A stretch of 63,967 nucleotides of DNA, the filler included, from Octopus bimaculoides (lineage: Eukaryota): the NCBI RefSeq assembly GCF_001194135.2. It is 7 parts of 6 records of this genome, joined end to end, with 100 filler letters (N's around TTAATTAATTAA, not from the genome) between each part and the next. Parts side by side here need not be neighbours in the genome. Positions count along the whole stretch, not along the records: positions 6,275 to 22,886 come from NC_068984.1; positions 22,987 to 37,601 come from NC_068984.1; 5 more parts are not named here. One strand, 5' to 3'. The notes under the pieces are model-generated. The model did no database searches. It was not told the DNA's origin and was given only the letters and a program-made list of their open reading frames with translations. The translations under genes and the position numbers were made by a program. Below, piece after piece: positions 12,568-24,439 of the stretch. Position 1 is the first letter of the stretch. Every line of letters starts with the position of its first letter.

Positions 12568-12925
12568 CTATTTAGAACACCATGTAGAACTTGACCTCCT
12601 CTTGAACTTATAACTACTTTTCCTAGCGTCAAATCTTAAACGACTTTTGAGCTCTGAAACGCGTTTAGAGAGCTCATCACATATACTGCAGCAATGTCTT
12701 ATTTCAGCATTGACCCTATTTTCCACTTGTTTATTATGAATGTTCAAGGGCCGCTTCAATCCTCCATGTGACTTGTAGATCTTTGACAGACATTGCATTG
12801 AAACTGGTCATTCAGAATAAAATTTCAATAGTTCGTGTATACCTTACCCACATGGGTACGCTCGTGCAATTTCATACCAGCGTGAGATATACATACTTTT
12901 GTGCATAAAGACCATTTAAAGAAGG
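12568..12925 (-). pseudogene. Decayed run of three C2H2-like zinc fingers, probably the C-terminus of an RTE-type LINE ORF2
   Basis: FKWSLCTKVCISHAGMKLHERTH; FQCNVC/KIYKSHGGLKRPLNIH; CSICDELSKRVSELKSRLRF, with stop and frameshift. Confidence 0.6.
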
Positions 12926-13084
12926 AGTAAGAAACTGACGCAACGTTATTGATATTAATCTCATTTTTACGAAATTTATTTTATTTTCAGTTCAGCGTGT
13001 CTAACTCTGTTAAGCTCCAAATCTTTAACACCGCTCCAAATCTTAACTCTCCATGCTTACCTACCGGCCGCAAGTGTAGTATAT

Positions 13085-13310
13085 TCTTTTATTCTTTTAC
13101 TTGTTTCATTCATTTGACTGCAGCCATGCTGGATCACCGCCTTTAGTCGAGCAAATCGACCCCAGGACTTATTCTTTGTAAGCCTAGTACTTATTCTATC
13201 GAGTACTTTTGCTGAACCACTGAGTAACGGGGAAGTAAACACACCAGCATCGGTTGTCAAGCGATGTTGGGGGCACAAACACAGACGAACAAAACACACA
13301 CACACGCACG
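13085..13310 (-). mobile_element. SINE family A, 3' half, CpG largely retained
   Basis: TTTTACTTGTTTCATTCATTTGACTG..TAGTCGAGCAAATCGACCCCAGGAC..CATCGGTTGTCAAGCGATG. Confidence 0.9.
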
Positions 13311-13347
<37 letters not shown>

Positions 13348-13430
13348 NNNNNNNNNNNNNNNNNNNNNNNNNNNNNNNNNNNNNNNNNNNNNNNNNNNNN
13401 NNNNNNNNNNNNNNNNNNNNNNNNNNNNNN

Positions 13431-13476
<46 letters not shown>

Positions 13477-13479
<3 letters not shown>

Positions 13480-14865
13480 TTGTTTGGAAATGCGCTCATC
13501 ATTCATACGGATGAGATGCTCTGTCCATTGATGAATTCCTCTTTTGCGAAGCCCTCAACACCTGAACTACTGCAAACGATATATTCCAGAAAGTCGATTG
13601 ATTCTTTAACACGCATGACATAAACTGGGAGCACGTTGTTGGCGTGTGCACCGACGGTGCTCCAGCAATGCTTAGTTGCCGCTCTGGCTTTCAGACAATG
13701 GTGGAGAAGTCTCCTAACACAATTGGTACGCATTGTACACTTCATCGCCAAGCATTGATGGTTAAAACAATGCCCGGCCATTTGAAGAATATTTTGAATG
13801 ATGTAGTCAAAGCAGTAAATTTTATCAACGCCAATTCTCTGAACTCGCGTCCTTTTGCTAACATGTGAAATGACAATGGCTCCGATTTTGAAACGCTTGT
13901 GATGTGGTTATCCAAGCGGAGGAGTAAGGAAAAGAGTCTTCTTTTTACGAAAGGAGATACACGAATTTCTTCGTGGTTCTAAAATGAACTGCACAGACAA
14001 TTCTCCAATACTCGGTACCTTATATGCCTTTCCTTTTTGGTCGACATTTTTGAATCAGTTAATTCTGTTAACTTAACACACTACAAAGAAAAGATATCAC
14101 CGTTGTCCATTGCCATGAAAAAATGAGTGCATTTAAAATGAAGCTCCATTTGTGACATTCTAAATTGGAATGTGAGAATTTTGCACCATTCCCGAATCTC
14201 AATATTTTCTTTGATGAAGATGGCTTTCGAGTGGATGTTGACATTCTCGACATAATGAAACACCGTGTCTTAATTCTTCACGCTGAAATTCAAAGATATT
14301 TCCCCGACCTACAAAACTTCGAAAAAGTTCATCATTTCATCACCAATCCCTTTGTAATCTCTGTTGTTGACCTTCCGTCAGAAGATTACGTCATTCAAGA
14401 ACAGTTCTTCGACTTGCAAAAAACGTCTTCCGTAACATGCGTTGTAGTGAATTCTGGATTGAAATGACGCTATCCTATCCAGATGCCGCCAAGTTGGCCC
14501 TCAAATTCATCGTTTCATTCGCAACAATGTACGAATGTGAGACGGCTTTTGCAACTTTACTTGCAATTAAAATAAAGGATCGCAATAAACTAGATGTTGC
14601 GCGTGACATGAGGGTCGCATTATCAAAAACGCAGCCTAATATTGAGGACATATTACCAACCAAACAAGTTCACTCTTCTCATTGAAATTTTTTATTTAAT
14701 CAGTAAAATTTTATCTCATAAAAAATTACTTTATACAAGGTTATTTTGCTTTGTTCGTCTTCTCTGTTTTTTTCATTTTGGGGCAGGGCTGGTGGTCCGC
14801 AAAGCCTCGAAAAAATGGGAGGGGGTCCGTAGGAGGAAAATTTTGAAAAGGTTTGGAGACCAAGA
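13477..14865 (+). mobile_element. Second hAT (Charlie/Buster, ZBED5/FAM200-like) element, 5'-truncated transposase pseudogene (about 13500-14685) plus right end
   Basis: VCTDGAPAML, GTHCTLHRQAL, NDVVKAVNFI, FATMYECETAF, LDVARDMRVALSKTQPNI..KQVHSSH*; end AAAAGGTTTGGAGACCAAGA followed by GTCTACAA (nTCTAGAn-like). Confidence 0.88.
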
Positions 14866-15502
14866 GTCTACAAAGATATAAAACCTCTTTTCGAAAGAAG
14901 CCTTGAAATTCTTCTTTATAAAAAAATGTGCCTAAGAAAAAAATTCTTTCTAATTTTGGCNNNNNNNNNNNNNNNNNNNNNNNNNNNNNNNNNNNNNNNN
15001 NNNNNNNNNNNNNNNNNNNNNNNNNNNNNNNNNNNNNNNNNNNNNNNNNNNNNNNNNNNNNNNNNNNNNNNNNNNNNNNNNNNNNNNNNNNNNNNNNNNN
15101 NNNNNNNNNNNNNNNNNNNNNNNNNNNNNNNNNNNNNNNNNNNNNNNNNNNNNNNNNNNNNNNNNNNNNNNNNNNNNNNNNNNNNNNNNNNNNNNNNNNN
15201 NNNNNNNNNNNNNNNNNNNNNNNNNNNNNNNNNNNNNNNNNNNNNNNNNNNNNNNNNNNNNNNNNNNNNNNNNNNNNNNNNNNNNNNNNNNNNNNNNNNN
15301 NNNNNNNNNNNNNNNNNNNNNNNNNNNNNNNNNNNNNNNNNNNNNNNNNNNNNNNNNNNNNNNNNNNNNNNNNNNNNNNNNNNNNNNNNNNNNNNNNNNN
15401 NNNNNNNNNNNNNNNNNNNNNNNNNNNNNNNNNNNNNNNNNNNNNNNNNNNNNNNNNNNNNNNNNNNNNNNNNNNNNNNNNNNNNNNNNNNNNNNNNNNN
15501 NN

Positions 15503-15547
<45 letters not shown>

Positions 15548-16481
15548 GTATGTCTGCGTGCGTTCGTGCGCGCGTTTATGTTTGTGTCGCATTGTTGCTT
15601 GACAAATGGTGTAAGTTTGTTTACATTCCCGTAATTTAACAGGGATTTTAAAAACAAATTATGAGACCGATAAGCTAAGCACAAATACTTGATCGATTAA
15701 AACTCTTTCAGCGCAGTACCCCAGCATGGCTACAGTCAAATGACTGAAATAAGTAAGAGAGAGAGAGAGAGAGAAAGGGGGGTGGGATAGATTTCTACAA
15801 ATAATTTAGCTGAACAAAGAAATTCAACACAACAAATAAAACTTTAAAAAAACACTGAGGTCAATGTAAACGATTTAACCCCACGCTCAAGATTGCTGGC
15901 CTAGTACCGACATATGAAATCAGTATATAGGTGTGTACATGTCTGTAGGATAAACATGTTCGCTTCACAACAATGTGGCTTCAAGTTCGACCCCGATCAA
16001 AGGAGCTAGGATAAGTGTCTTCCGTCATAGCTATGGGGAAACCATAGGCTTGTAAGTAAAATTGAATAGGTGGGAGATGTGTGGGAACACATTGGATAAA
16101 CTTTACTCATTGTTAGTTGATAGACTTAATCTATCGTCTGCTTTAAACAACATCATACGGCTCTTGGGTGCCTTCATTGGAATCCACTCTGTTGTAGGTA
16201 TTCGGACAGTCTCCCGTTTTTTCCACCCTTTATCTCGCCAGACTCTCACTTTTAATTAAAGCAGTCATGGTCACTTGCAGTCAGCGACACTTTCTGAAGG
16301 GTACATACATAGTACAGTGATACAAATGTATGTATGTATGTATGTATGTATGTATGTATGTATGTATGTATGTATGTATGTATGTATGTATGTATGTATG
16401 TATACACACACGCACGAACACGGACACATATATATGTATACATGTCTGTGAGTGCAGAGAGAGAGATAGGTACACAGATAA

Positions 16482-16597
<116 letters not shown>

Positions 16598-17350
16598 TGA
16601 GAGAGAAATATTTCTGTGTATATACCTGAACATTCACATAGAAGTTTTCTAAACAGTTGATGTATATGTATTTGTGTCAATAGCTTTTTTTAATTTTTAT
16701 TAATCTAAGGATAGCTTCGATGACTATTCTTATTATTGCAGTAAGTTGATTAACGAATTCAGTAAAAAAAAAACAACAAAAAAAAATAACAACAAAACAA
16801 CAAAACTCCCACCATAACAACAAGAATAGAATGACAGGTAAATAAACAGATATAAGAAAGAAAGATAACACCTGGATGGACATAAAAGGAAAAAGATAAC
16901 AAAGCAAAAACCAGATCGATATCTTAGCTTGAACATCGATCAAAAAATTTCAGTTAATTAAACATTCAAATAAGAAAAAAATATATAATATAAAACAGGG
17001 GAGGTACCAATTGTTCTTATAGCTTTGTCGTTGTAAGATATTAACTACGTCAGGCCACCTCCTCGCTTTGAATTCATAGGCCAATCAATAGTGTCTTCCT
17101 TTCTGACGTCTTTCATACGCTGACTCTTCCGAGCTATAGTTATTAAACACATTCGGAGGATAGAGGGCAGATCAGTTTTAGATCTCTGTTCGAATACTGG
17201 TTTATCTTTTACACACTATGAAAACTGAGTGATGAGGACAAACATAATCAACATAGTTTTAATTTTTGTAAGTTTTATATGACCATTATATTTGTATGTA
17301 TGTATGTATGTATGTATGTATGTATGTATGTATGTATGTATGTATGTATG

Positions 17351-17403
<53 letters not shown>

Positions 17404-17405
<2 letters not shown>

Positions 17406-17596
17406 TGCCAGTAAAGGTTTTGGATGCCAACTCTGTGCAAGACATTGTAGATCTTTGGCTGGGCTAAAATGTCACATTCGATCACAGCACCGTTAAGTTA
17501 AGCTTCGTGCAATGGCCATACTCGATAACGAGGGGGCAGCCATCATGTATGTATGTATGTATGTATGTATGTATGTATGTATGTATGTATGTATGT
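17404..17596 (+). pseudogene. RTE LINE extreme 3' end: C2H2 finger, 3' UTR and (TATG)n tail
   Basis: GFGCQLCARHCRSLAGLKCHIRSQHR* followed by a short UTR and CATCATGTATGTATG... Confidence 0.7.
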
Positions 17597-18023
17597 GTGT
17601 ATGCAAAGACAGAAGGTTTGATGCTTGCATGCATGGCTGAATGGATGTATGATATGAATATGTATGCACAGATCGATACATAAACGGGTGGATGGGATTT
17701 CATGTCTGTCTGTATACATGTATCTACTTTTATGCAAATGTGTATGTATGCTTGTAAGTATTTTCGATATGTATGTTTTAATGTAAGTATATATATATAT
17801 ATTCAAACCTATGTATGTGCATGTGTGTGGTTTATGATTGTTTTATTATCTTATCTGAATTCTATCCAAAAAGAAGGAACTTCTTTCTTACAAAGAATCG
17901 AACCTCCACTGAATTGTTTCATGTTGAACTTTAGAAAGACCTTGCTTACAGATTATCTTTGAAAAACACGTCCTTGTTGGTCACCTGTTGTCCCTGAGCC
18001 AGCTGCTTTTCTATATTTCCACT

Positions 18024-18056
<33 letters not shown>

Positions 18057-18093
18057 CGACGGGTTTCTTTCAGTATATATAGATGTATATGTG

Positions 18094-18129
<36 letters not shown>

Positions 18130-18312
18130 TGTATGTATGTATGTATATATATATATATATATCCACTGGCAACATAGCTTTTCGCACTGAAAAGTAGGTT
18201 CACTCACTTAAAACAATTTCATGCACAGAAACTTCTTAGACTCTTGATTTTAAGAAATGGTCTTAAACGGTCATGAGTTAACTTCAACCATGTATGTATG
18301 TATGTATGTATG

Positions 18313-18346
<34 letters not shown>

Positions 18347-18479
18347 TGTATGTATGTACGTAGNNNNNNNNNNNNNNNNNNNNNNNNNNNNNNNNNNNNN
18401 NNNNNNNNNNNNNNNNNNNNNNNNNNNNNNNNNNNNNNNNNNNNNNNNNNNCAACCATGTATGTATGTATGTATGTATG

Positions 18480-18513
<34 letters not shown>

Positions 18514-18599
18514 TGTATGTATGTACGTAGGTGAAAACTTCAAAATTTGAAGGCATACTTTTCACTTTGGTATCTTCACTTTTGGGTGGGGAAAGCATT

Positions 18600-18775
18600 G
18601 AGGATATGAAGAAGAAAGGCACACAGCGCAAACAGGAGATGAGAGAAAAGAGGTGTGAGCCTGGTCCGTCTAAGCAAACATTTACTTGTCTCGTCTGCAA
18701 CTGAAATTCTCTATCAAATCCTGGAATATATGGTCATGTAAAGATCCCTCGTTGAAGGAAAATATGAAGTATGTA
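18600..18775 (+). pseudogene. RTE LINE 3' fragment
   Basis: EKRCEPGPSKQTFTCLVCN*NSLSNPGIYGHVK, a decayed terminal C2H2 finger. Confidence 0.5.
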
Positions 18776-19069
18776 TGTCATTGTTCAGTTTTATTTCAAG
18801 ATTTCTTGCCTATAGAGAAAGAGCCGGTTTCTAACCTAGATCCAAGGCTCCTTCATTGGAATTTCAACATCAACAACAGGGTATTTTTGTTTGCATGTAT
18901 GTGTTTGTGCAGATTTGTATGTTTTGTTTTATGTATATATTATCATGCATATAGTTACATATCTAGACACGCTCGTATATATTTAAACTTCGAATTAGCT
19001 TTCTCCTTTCTGGTTTTGAGAAGCCTGATTTCTCAAGATTGGTATTTAGGCAATGTGTTACATAATCCA

Positions 19070-19490
19070 GAGTCCCATTAATTACAGTTATAAACCTGAA
19101 CTTGTAATCTGGATAGTTCATCGTAGATATTCTTTTCTTTACTGATCTTCAGCTTTATGTTAACATCCGCCGGGCAGTTAATTTCCACAACTGTACACAG
19201 TTTCCCTTCTCTATCCTAAATTATTATATCAGGTCTATTGTGCTTACATTTTATTGAGGTCTTCACTGGGACATTCAACCAGTACTCCTTTTTATTATGA
19301 GTGGCTATGGCTTCTACCATACTGTGAGTTCTTATTTCTTTGTCCTCGGGGTTATCCTTCCGACGGATTTTATTATAGAGTGTCCTAGCTACAACATCAT
19401 GTCTCATCGGTAGATATATAGTGATGACATTTTTGGACAACAGCTTATGGTGTGAGTGATATCTTCGGTGTTAATTCAACAAAGTCTGCA
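19070..19490 (-). pseudogene. RLE-type LINE CCHC/endonuclease fragment
   Basis: CRLC*INTEDITHTISCCPKM, YLPMRHDVVARTLY, KHNRPDIII*DREGKLCTVVEINCPADVN. Confidence 0.8.
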
Positions 19491-19689
19491 TCGATTACAT
19501 ATGTATGTATGTATTTATGTATGTATGCCTCTTCTATTTTTCAATTATTTAAAATCTTCCACCGAGGAGGGAGCCGGTTTCCAACAAAGATACTCTTCTC
19601 CATTTTTGGTATGTAGTTAACACAGACACGTTCACATTTGAAACCTGAGAAAAGACTTGCATATTTTTACTGTTCCACTTACAGATTAC

Positions 19690-19920
19690 ACTTGTAATGT
19701 ATGAATTAGTCGGTCGATTTCTCTTTCTGAAAATCCCTGTTTATCCAGATTCTCCTTTAAGCATTTACTAACACAGCCTAATGCTCCAATTATTATTGGT
19801 ATGAATATGAATTCCTAGTCTGGAAATAGAAGTTGAAGGTTTCGAAGCAGTTGTCCGTAGATATCCTCTTTTTCTTTGATTTTCAAAGAGAATTTATATC
19901 TGCAGGGCAGCTGACCTCTA
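19690..19920 (-). pseudogene. Second RLE-type LINE endonuclease C-terminal fragment
   Basis: EVSCPADIN, LKIKEKEDIYGQLLRNLQLLFPD*EFIFIPIIIGALGCVSKCL. Confidence 0.75.
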
Positions 19921-20163
19921 TGATGGTACTACCTTTGCCCTTCTATGCATGTATGTATGTATGTATGTATGTATACATGTATGTATGTATGTATGTATGT
20001 ATGTATGCATGTATGCATGTATGCATGTATGTATGTATGTATGTATGCATGTATGTATGTATGTATGTATGTATGTATGTATGCATGTATGCATGTATGT
20101 ATGTATGCATGCATGTATGTATTTATGTATGTTTGTATGTATGTATGTATGCCTGCATGCATG

Positions 20164-20241
<78 letters not shown>

Positions 20242-20660
20242 CATGGTATTTTTTTACAAGCTTAAAGCTTATAATGATCACCGTGCAAAATGACCAAGGA
20301 AAATAGTCTAATAACAAAGCCATTCGCATCGAAATACACACACACACACATTATATGTGTGTGTGTATCCGTGTGTGTTGTTCATATGTATGTATATGTA
20401 TGTATTCACACAGATATATTATACATATTATATGTGTGTGCGTATACGTGTGTTTGTACGTATGTATGTATATGTATGTATTCGCACAGATATATTTGTA
20501 TATCAGAAACTCTTTTAGTATTCCACATTAGATGATCATTAGATTTACCATCTTTACTCTTAACTAATTGCGACAATTCATAAAGCTGAAACTTGCCGAC
20601 TATATAAATGTTCATACACGGGTTCTACCTTGATCACCCTAGATTACTTACTAATAAGAG

Positions 20661-20735
<75 letters not shown>

Positions 20736-20739
20736 TGCA

Positions 20740-20797
<58 letters not shown>

Positions 20798-20801
20798 ACT
20801 G

Positions 20802-20869
<68 letters not shown>

Positions 20870-21863
20870 CCTTGTCCAAGATTCGTGAAGATGAATTACA
20901 AGACTGTTTTCTTGATATAATCAGTAATTTTGTCTTTGTGTTCTTAAATGTGGAATCTGTCATTCGAGGATACTAATGATAATTTGCGCCGAATTAAACC
21001 ATTTCGTAGAAAAAATTCACCACTTCAGTTGCGATTGGGAGTGAGGAAATTAACGTTTTGAGCTCTGATCCATGTCTTGCAGTGAGCAATAGAGAGAGAG
21101 AGAGAAAGAGAGAGTGGGGGGAGAAAGAAAATTAGTGTTGTTACTTTCAGTGTAAGTTAGTACTTCACATACTTGCAGCTAAAACACTCTTACTCTCAAA
21201 CTGTGTGCAAATGACTGAAATATGGAAGTCTTCACTCTGCGCGACCAGAACTTTTGAGAGAGATTTTATTACAAAGAAGACAATGACGGCTCCATATTTA
21301 AGGAGGTTGTGATATTATATTTCTTTCAGAGAGAGATTTATCAAATATTCACTTTCCTTTCCATAAGCCCCCGGACCCGGGGCCGAAGTACCGGTTTAAA
21401 CCCTCCTGTTACTGGCCCTTTGCATGGCAGTAAAAATTATAGAGCTCTTCTAAGAAGTATTCACGGAAGTACCTGCGGTGGGCATTAATTGATAACATCT
21501 TAACGGTTGTATATCTTTTTACTACGCTCAGCTCTACATTAATTTACTAATATAAAAGTGTGTATACCTCAGACATCTTGTTATATCTCACAGAAGAATT
21601 TACTCATTTTCGCATTCATACTAACTCTTTCCAATTCACTATCATGAACTGTTACGAACGTTACACGCTTTGCCACTTAGTCATGGTCATGTATAATACA
21701 ACTTGCTTAACCCTGAATTATTTAACCAATAAAAGAGTATATATACTTCAGATATTTCGTTATATTTTACAGATGGATTTACTCCTTTTCTCTTTCCTAG
21801 TATTACGGAGATGTACTTGCATAGCAAATGACCTGATCTGAGATCGTGTGCTGGAACGAAAAC

Positions 21864-22144
21864 AATTGCAGCGTGGAAGGTGTTTATAAGCCATTTAAGA
21901 AACACACAAAATCTGTTAGATTCACTTCAATATTTAAATTTAATTTGCCAAAATATTTTCGTCGCTTTGAGACCGCGACCTGTTCACTGACAAAATTCCG
22001 TGCAGTACGGAATTTTGTCAGTGAACAGGTCGCGGTCTCAAAGCGACGAAAATATTTTGGCAAATTAAATTTAAATATTGAAGTGAATCTAACAGATTTT
22101 GTGTGTTTCTTAAATGGCTTATAAACAACCTCCATGCTGCAATT
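21864..22144. repeat. Long palindrome: perfect 121-bp arms (21881-22001 / 22007-22127), 5-nt spacer GCAGT, imperfect outer extension
   Basis: Base-by-base reverse-complement check. Confidence 0.98.
22014..22064 (+). ncRNA. Candidate minimal type-I hammerhead ribozyme variant (mirror copy on - strand at 21944-21994)
   Basis: Stem I TTTGTCA/TGGCAAA, core GTGAACA plus extra G, stem II GTCGC/GCGAC, GAA, palindromic stem III AATATT, predicted cleavage after 22057. Confidence 0.55.
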
Positions 22145-23067
22145 CTCTTTCTTAATAGCCTTATCGAATTCATTTCCAAGGACGGTTACTAACGTTATAT
22201 CCTGTTCCATTTAGTAATAGGGAAGTATAGTATATCTTGTACTCATATGGAGTACACTGGCACTAGCTATGAGAACATGTCCTTCAGATATCAAAAGGAG
22301 ATAAACATTATCTTCCTATAGATTTTGGGTATTATTATCTAGTCCGAAAACAATGCACTTTTAGCATCTTGCCCAACTATAATAGTATTCTGGAATCATT
22401 TTAATTGTTAAAGATAGTGGTGGTGGTGACGACAGTGGATCTTCCGATTGAACCAAGGAAACTATGCTTCAATTGGTTTTTGAAATTATTATTATTAACT
22501 ATTGGTTGCAAATCTGGACAGAAGTACTACCATCTTTTGGTAACAGATAAATATTTTAACTGGGAATGCACACAGCCAGAAAAGATACTGCAAATCGTCT
22601 CGTTCAACACTCTAACAGTTCTGCCAGTCTACCGAGAAGGACTGTTAATTTCTTTTTATTGATTCCAAAAGGGTGAAAGGCAAAACTGACGATTGCAGAA
22701 TTTGAACTCAGAGCACAGTTCTCCTAACGAACACAGCGAATCATTCTATTCGACACTCAAACGACTTTGCTAATCCATCGCCTTAAACCACCAGTACTAT
22801 CACCATCGTGACATCTATGTCATCGTCATCATCCTCATCATCATCATCCTTATCATCGTCGTCGGCACCAACACCATCACTACCACNNNNNNNNNNNNNN
22901 NNNNNNNNNNNNNNNNNNNNNNNNNNNNNNTTAATTAATTAANNNNNNNNNNNNNNNNNNNNNNNNNNNNNNNNNNNNNNNNNNNNTAAGACGTGCCTTA
23001 CTTTGCATATCTGTCTATCTCTTAATCAAAATACCTACTTATCTCTCTTTTTCTGTCTGTTTGTCTG

Positions 23068-23143
<76 letters not shown>

Positions 23144-23300
23144 ACACACACACACACACATATTCACACACTTATAATACTAATATTGCTAATAGTGTGA
23201 TAGCATTAAGTGACATTTCCCAGCCTGCTTCGTATTTCATGGTGTTTTAATTCTCTCCTTTCAGTTCTTGTTAATGAATAACAATAACAACAACAACATC

Positions 23301-23339
<39 letters not shown>

Positions 23340-23738
23340 GATAATGATAATGACGGTGATGATGATGATTCGATTGTGATTATGGATTAGCTAATATAAG
23401 AGGCATGTCATATGTTCTGCTACCATCAGTGGTGACAGGCACAATGGAGAAGGGTCTTCCCTTCTCAATTTTGGTAATAATTTGGTTAACTGTTATCAGA
23501 GGGAATAAAGCACAAACAACTAAGCTATGCTATTGAACGATCAGATCCTATAGCAGAAGTACTCATGTCTTTTTTTTTCTAAAAATGTATTGTGTTTAGG
23601 GCTTTTTTTCTTTCTTTCCATTTTCTTTTTTTTATTTCTCGAAATTGCCGATGTTGTTAGCAATTGTGCTGCTTTTGCCATTAGCAACTGGATTATATTA
23701 CCACTAGCCTTTGCAATAATAACACCCATTTTACTGAT

Positions 23739-23753
23739 GTTACCATTAGCAAC
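23739..23753. promoter_or_regulatory. RFX X-box-like site GTTACC-ATT-AGCAAC; near copy at 23674-23688
   Basis: Match to GTNRCY-N0-3-RGYAAC. Confidence 0.35.
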
Positions 23754-24081
23754 TGTGTTGCATTACTGTAGATTCTGGACAATCTAGTTTAAGTTACAGA
23801 GTTACATTTGTAATAATGGTGATTGTGCGACCGACTGTATGGGGGTTTGTGAGCAAGATGAATGAATGAATGAATGAAAGGAAATGAATGAATGAAGTGG
23901 CCAAGAAAACTTGATAGTTAGGTAGACAACCAACTTATATGCTGCTTTGATGTGAGATCAAATCCACTCTGCAGCATTATTTTATTTTTTAATAATTTTA
24001 TTTGTTTTGCTCTTTATGTATTTGTTTCTGGACAACACACTTTGTTGTATCTTAACATTTCATTTCACCTATGTAGGGGAC

Positions 24082-24220
24082 ATATGCATGGTTGTGTGGT
24101 TCAGAAGTTCACTTCTTAACCAAGTGGTTCTGGGTTCAGTCTCACTGTGTAGTACCTTGGGAAAATGTCTTCTACTGTTGTTCTGGCCTGAGTGAAGCCT
24201 GTTCTATGTAAGTGTATACA

Positions 24221-24253
<33 letters not shown>

Positions 24254-24380
24254 GACTGACTTCTTTCAGTTTCTGTCTACCAAATCTACTCACAAGGCTT
24301 TGGTCAGCCTGAGGTTATAGTAGAAGACACTGAACCCAGAATCACGTGGTTAAGAAGTAAGTTTCTTACCACGCAGCAAC
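24082..24380. mobile_element. Two oppositely oriented family A SINE 5' halves (+ about 24082-24200; - about 24255-24380)
   Basis: Homology to the family A head in both orientations. Confidence 0.7.
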
Positions 24381-24388
24381 TACTACAC

Positions 24389-24439
<51 letters not shown>

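Noticed and set aside
18286-18530. Direct duplication CAACCATG(TATG)n..TACGTAG on both sides of a gap; similar at 51410-51500
   Set aside because: Typical contig-overlap artefact around short gaps
18805-18860. Hairpin-forming repeat with GAAACCGGCTC on the - strand (related piece near 19565)
   Set aside because: No CUGANGA-like core in the right position, so not called a hammerhead
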